The position numbers and the translations under genes are program-made. The notes beneath the pieces were generated by a model. It was not told the origin of the DNA and did no database searches. It worked only from the letters and a program-made list of their open reading frames with translations. From a virus (lineage: Duplodnaviria; Heunggongvirae; Uroviricota; Caudoviricetes): 64,000 bases of DNA. The stretch is from the IMG/VR virus record IMGVR_UViG_3300045051_000909, positions 1 to 64,000 of that record; one strand, written 5' to 3'. Each line of letters opens with the position of its first letter. Position 1 is the first letter of the stretch. Of this stretch, positions 61,797 to 64,000 are shown piece after piece.

Positions 61797-61815
61797 GCTT
61801 ATACCCGCTATACTG
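61797..61815. promoter_or_regulatory. divergent promoter pair (minus GGGTATAAGC; plus GCTATACTG)
   Basis: between 61760(-) and 61823(+). Confidence 0.45.
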
Positions 61816-61822
61816 AGAGGAA

Positions 61823-62071
61823 ATGTGGCGGCGAAAAGACGACTATATGACGCCAGAGGACTTTCGGTCCTGGTGCGTCAACTGCCTGCTACATCACGAT
61901 GATCACGCGGGGGAGAAGTGTCTCTATTCCCCTACGTTCTTCGCCCCCATTGAAGACATTCGTCCGGGTCAGATCGTTCCTCAGAGGTACCGGATAGTAC
62001 TCACCGAGTTCAGAAAACGCCTGATACAGCAGAGACGCCATGCACGAAAAAGACCTAAAAAAGCTAGCTAA
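61823..62071 (+). CDS. zinc-knuckle family paralog 25 (CVNCLLHHDDHAGEKCLYSPTFF, motif near N-terminus)
   Basis: family motif. Confidence 0.5.
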   Translation: MWRRKDDYMTPEDFRSWCVNCLLHHDDHAGEKCLYSPTFFAPIEDIRPGQIVPQRYRIVLTEFRKRLIQQRRHARKRPKKAS

Positions 62072-62351
62072 CCGTTTAGGGGATGAGCGTGTCGCTCGCA
62101 GCCTGGCTAAGTTCCAGTGTCGCTACTGCCGTCAGGCTAAAGCCGATCATGCGGACAACGGGAAGTGTTTGTATGAACCGACGTTCTTCGAATCACTAAC
62201 CGAAGAGCAGATCCAGGCCCAGATTGCTGAGCGCCAGACGGTTATGAAGGAGCTGTCCAGCTTCATCCACAAGTGGCAAGGTAAAGAGAGTCTTACCCGA
62301 CAGCTGTTTCCTGCAAGACCCGTTTTACCAAAAGGACCGAGATACAAGTGA
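62040..62351 (+). CDS. zinc-knuckle family paralog 26 (CRYCRQAKADHADNGKCLYEPTFF, motif near N-terminus)
   Basis: overlaps paralog 25 by 32 nt. Confidence 0.5.
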   Translation: MHEKDLKKLANRLGDERVARSLAKFQCRYCRQAKADHADNGKCLYEPTFFESLTEEQIQAQIAERQTVMKELSSFIHKWQGKESLTRQLFPARPVLPKGPRYK

Positions 62352-62719
62352 ATGACGCACGACCCTTCTTCGAAAAGACTCGCGAACCGCAGAGCTTCGC
62401 GCCTTATTTCCACAGTCTGCGCGTCCACCCATGTAACGCCTGTAACCAGGAAGTCATGGACCAGGAGCTCTTCGAGCCCTCTTTCTATGTGAGTCTCGAA
62501 TCTCTGCGTGCGCACACCAAGAATCTCTTCCGCCTGCACTGCCATACCAAGACCCCAAAGGAACATGGACGCCGGGCACTGTATGCTCGTCCGTGGTGGG
62601 TCATCGAGTCCTTGTATCAGATGTCGGACGGCTTCTGGCGTCCTGCCATGGTCGCGGGGGGCTACTCACTGTCGGAAGCTATCAAGGCCGCCATTGCAGA
62701 GATTCCGGAGATCCCATGA
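62348..62719 (+). CDS. degenerate zinc-knuckle family paralog 27 (CNACNQEVMDQELFEPSFY; His and last Cys lost)
   Basis: retains CxxC and ELFEPSFY tail. Confidence 0.45.
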   Translation: MNDARPFFEKTREPQSFAPYFHSLRVHPCNACNQEVMDQELFEPSFYVSLESLRAHTKNLFRLHCHTKTPKEHGRRALYARPWWVIESLYQMSDGFWRPAMVAGGYSLSEAIKAAIAEIPEIP

Positions 62720-63063
62720 CGGACATCAAGGACATGGTGATGCTCTGTAAAAACTGTGTGTTGACGAAGGATCAGCACGATCCCAACGGGCACTGCTTAT
62801 TTGAACCCACGTACTTCGAACCCGTCGACATCACCAAGGTGAAGGGGCAAGCCGAGATCATCAAGTACAAGGAGATCATTCGCAAGGCACACGAGAGTAT
62901 CCGGCGCCAGACTGAGCAGCTTGAGCAAACCTCGATAGCTCTGGATCGCACGTCAGAGCTTCTTGGCCGCACCTGCACACACCGCTACGCCAATGGGAAA
63001 TACGCAGGGGATAACGGGTTCCTGTATTCCCACTGCGAAATCTGCGGCGCGCCGCTTGACTAA
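62716..63063 (+). CDS. zinc-knuckle family paralog 28 (CKNCVLTKDQHDPNGHCLFEPTYF) with coiled-coil and C-terminal CEICG
   Basis: ATGA coupling. Confidence 0.55.
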   Translation: MTDIKDMVMLCKNCVLTKDQHDPNGHCLFEPTYFEPVDITKVKGQAEIIKYKEIIRKAHESIRRQTEQLEQTSIALDRTSELLGRTCTHRYANGKYAGDNGFLYSHCEICGAPLD

Positions 63064-63088
63064 TAGAATCGCATACGCTAGAAGGAAG

Positions 63089-63127
63089 GCCGTAAGGTTG
63101 ACGCGATTGACCTTACGGCTTTTTTTA
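63089..63127 (+). terminator. strong intrinsic terminator (GCCGTAAGG..CCTTACGGC + T8)
   Basis: 9-bp perfect stem + TTTTTTT. Confidence 0.7.
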
Positions 63128-63143
63128 GCTCACAGAGGGAAGG

Positions 63144-63329
63144 ATGACACGAACTGAAGGGGAACAGCTACTCATCGAAAAAGCAGAGCGGTATCAGGCG
63201 ATGTGGCGGTTGATCAAGTCCAAGAAATACAAAGGCAGCCGCCTTGACCTACTGGACCTGGAGATCGAAGTCATCAGCGCCGCCCAGAAGCTTCCACCCC
63301 GCCGTCCCAAGAAGGTGTCACATGCCTGA
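63144..63329 (+). CDS. small hypothetical protein (61 aa)
   Basis: AGGGAAGGATGA RBS-like. Confidence 0.45.
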   Translation: MTRTEGEQLLIEKAERYQAMWRLIKSKKYKGSRLDLLDLEIEVISAAQKLPPRRPKKVSHA

Positions 63330-63681
63330 ACAGTACTTGGAGAAAGGCCCCATGCGGTTCGATTACGGGGGCGAGGCTTATGCCGAAGGCTTCGAACGCG
63401 TATTCGGTCCGAAGGTGTGCAAGGGGGATCACAACTTGGAACTGGTCGCTCCGAGCCCCGAAGACCGTATCTGCGATGGAGACATTACCTGTGACACCCT
63501 GGTGTGCGGCAAGCTAGTCTGCAAGAAGTGCGACGTCGTTTGCACGGTCACTACCAATCGAGGGGCGCCGCTCTGCGAAGTATGCGGTCTGCCCCAGCAC
63601 ATGCACTCAGTGGACAAGAAGTCTTTCGTTATCGACGGTCTCGGCGCGATCCCGTGCTGGCCTCGAGAGGAGAAGCGATGA
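63322..63681 (+). CDS. Cys-rich hypothetical protein (119 aa)
   Basis: many CxxC/CxC pairs. Confidence 0.45.
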   Translation: MPEQYLEKGPMRFDYGGEAYAEGFERVFGPKVCKGDHNLELVAPSPEDRICDGDITCDTLVCGKLVCKKCDVVCTVTTNRGAPLCEVCGLPQHMHSVDKKSFVIDGLGAIPCWPREEKR

Positions 63682-63956
63682 GCACGCCTGAAAACGCTGA
63701 GCCGCAGCAACAGCAGATGTCCCCGCGTGAAGTCTTGCTAGCAACCCTTGCTGGGTGGTTGGACTCCGTAGCGCGCGAAGGCTCTACCGACGAAAGCATC
63801 ACCTTCCGGAAGGTTGGTTACATGCCGGGGGCTACGCAAGGACAGCGAGCCGGGGTAGTGGTTTCAGCGCGTGCCGAAGTAACCACGGCGATGGCACCGC
63901 TCGAGTACACCAAGATTGTTCCCGCGACGAGCGGGATCATCCTTCCGAAGCACTGA
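63678..63956 (+). CDS. hypothetical protein (92 aa)
   Basis: ATGA coupling; followed by TTTACTGCGTAAA palindrome. Confidence 0.45.
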   Translation: MSTPENAEPQQQQMSPREVLLATLAGWLDSVAREGSTDESITFRKVGYMPGATQGQRAGVVVSARAEVTTAMAPLEYTKIVPATSGIILPKH

Positions 63957-63960
63957 CCTT

Positions 63961-63979
63961 CGCTTTACTGCGTAAAGCG
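63961..63979. promoter_or_regulatory. CGCTTTACTGCGTAAAGCG palindrome (TTTACnnnGTAAA copy 4)
   Basis: 19-bp near-perfect inverted repeat after last gene. Confidence 0.45.
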
Positions 63980-64000
63980 AAAACGCCCATGGTGGGCGGA

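Noticed and set aside
39591-63063. Regularly recurring ~23-aa-encoding motif and recurring hairpin/T-run/TATAAG cassettes looked superficially like a CRISPR array or tandem repeat
   Set aside because: Repeats are in-frame protein motifs inside distinct ORFs or promoter-terminator cassettes with variable spacing (300-600 bp). There are no short identical direct repeats with uniform spacers.
1-64000. Integrase, transposase or att-site evidence for an integrated mobile element boundary
   Set aside because: No tyrosine or serine recombinase or DDE transposase motifs seen in any frame. The window appears to be internal phage DNA, so no mobile_element feature was called.

Overview
The window is GC-rich (about 60% GC) and almost entirely coding, with the hallmarks of a large dsDNA tailed-phage or prophage genome. 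Coding switches strand four times, giving five coding arms separated once by a ~1-kb non-coding control region:

- **Arm 1 (1-13.5 kb, plus strand):** virion/lysis module. It holds an HNH endonuclease, several large structural proteins (one followed by a very strong terminator, so a candidate major capsid protein), an FmdB-like Zn-ribbon protein and a GH108+PG_binding_3 endolysin. Three minus-strand genes sit inside it at 7.7-9.2 kb.
- **Arm 2 (13.5-21.7 kb, minus strand):** accessory module. It encodes a vWA protein, an SPFH/band-7 lipoprotein with an NfeD-like partner, an H1-like basic protein, a P-loop kinase and a calcineurin-like phosphoesterase.
- **Arm 3 (21.7-23 kb, plus strand):** a Q-rich protein and a RyR-domain protein.
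- **Arm 4 (23-32.9 kb, minus strand):** many one- to three-gene units, each bounded by a terminator-promoter cassette. Products include an ATP-grasp protein, a HicB-like protein, a collagen-like lipoprotein, a MazG-like pyrophosphohydrolase and small membrane proteins.
- **Control region (32.9-33.9 kb):** ~1 kb non-coding, with iteron-like repeats, an AT-rich tract, a perfect 14-bp palindrome and a sigma70-like promoter.
- **Arm 5 (33.9-64 kb, plus strand):** opens with a Myb-domain protein and a second HNH endonuclease. It is dominated by about 28 small paralogous genes sharing a C-x2-C-x6-H-x4-5-C-[LF]-[YFW]-x-P-[TS] zinc-knuckle motif fused to diverse N-terminal domains. Interspersed are an ARC/Mpa-like AAA+ unfoldase, ParB-like nuclease, S24 peptidase domain, CYTH, REC, type-IV-pilin-like and GIY-YIG-like genes.

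Neighbouring genes very often overlap by ATGA/GTGA/TGATG, indicating translational coupling. No rRNA, tRNA, CRISPR, integrase or transposase was seen. All calls come from reading motifs by eye; no database searches were possible.
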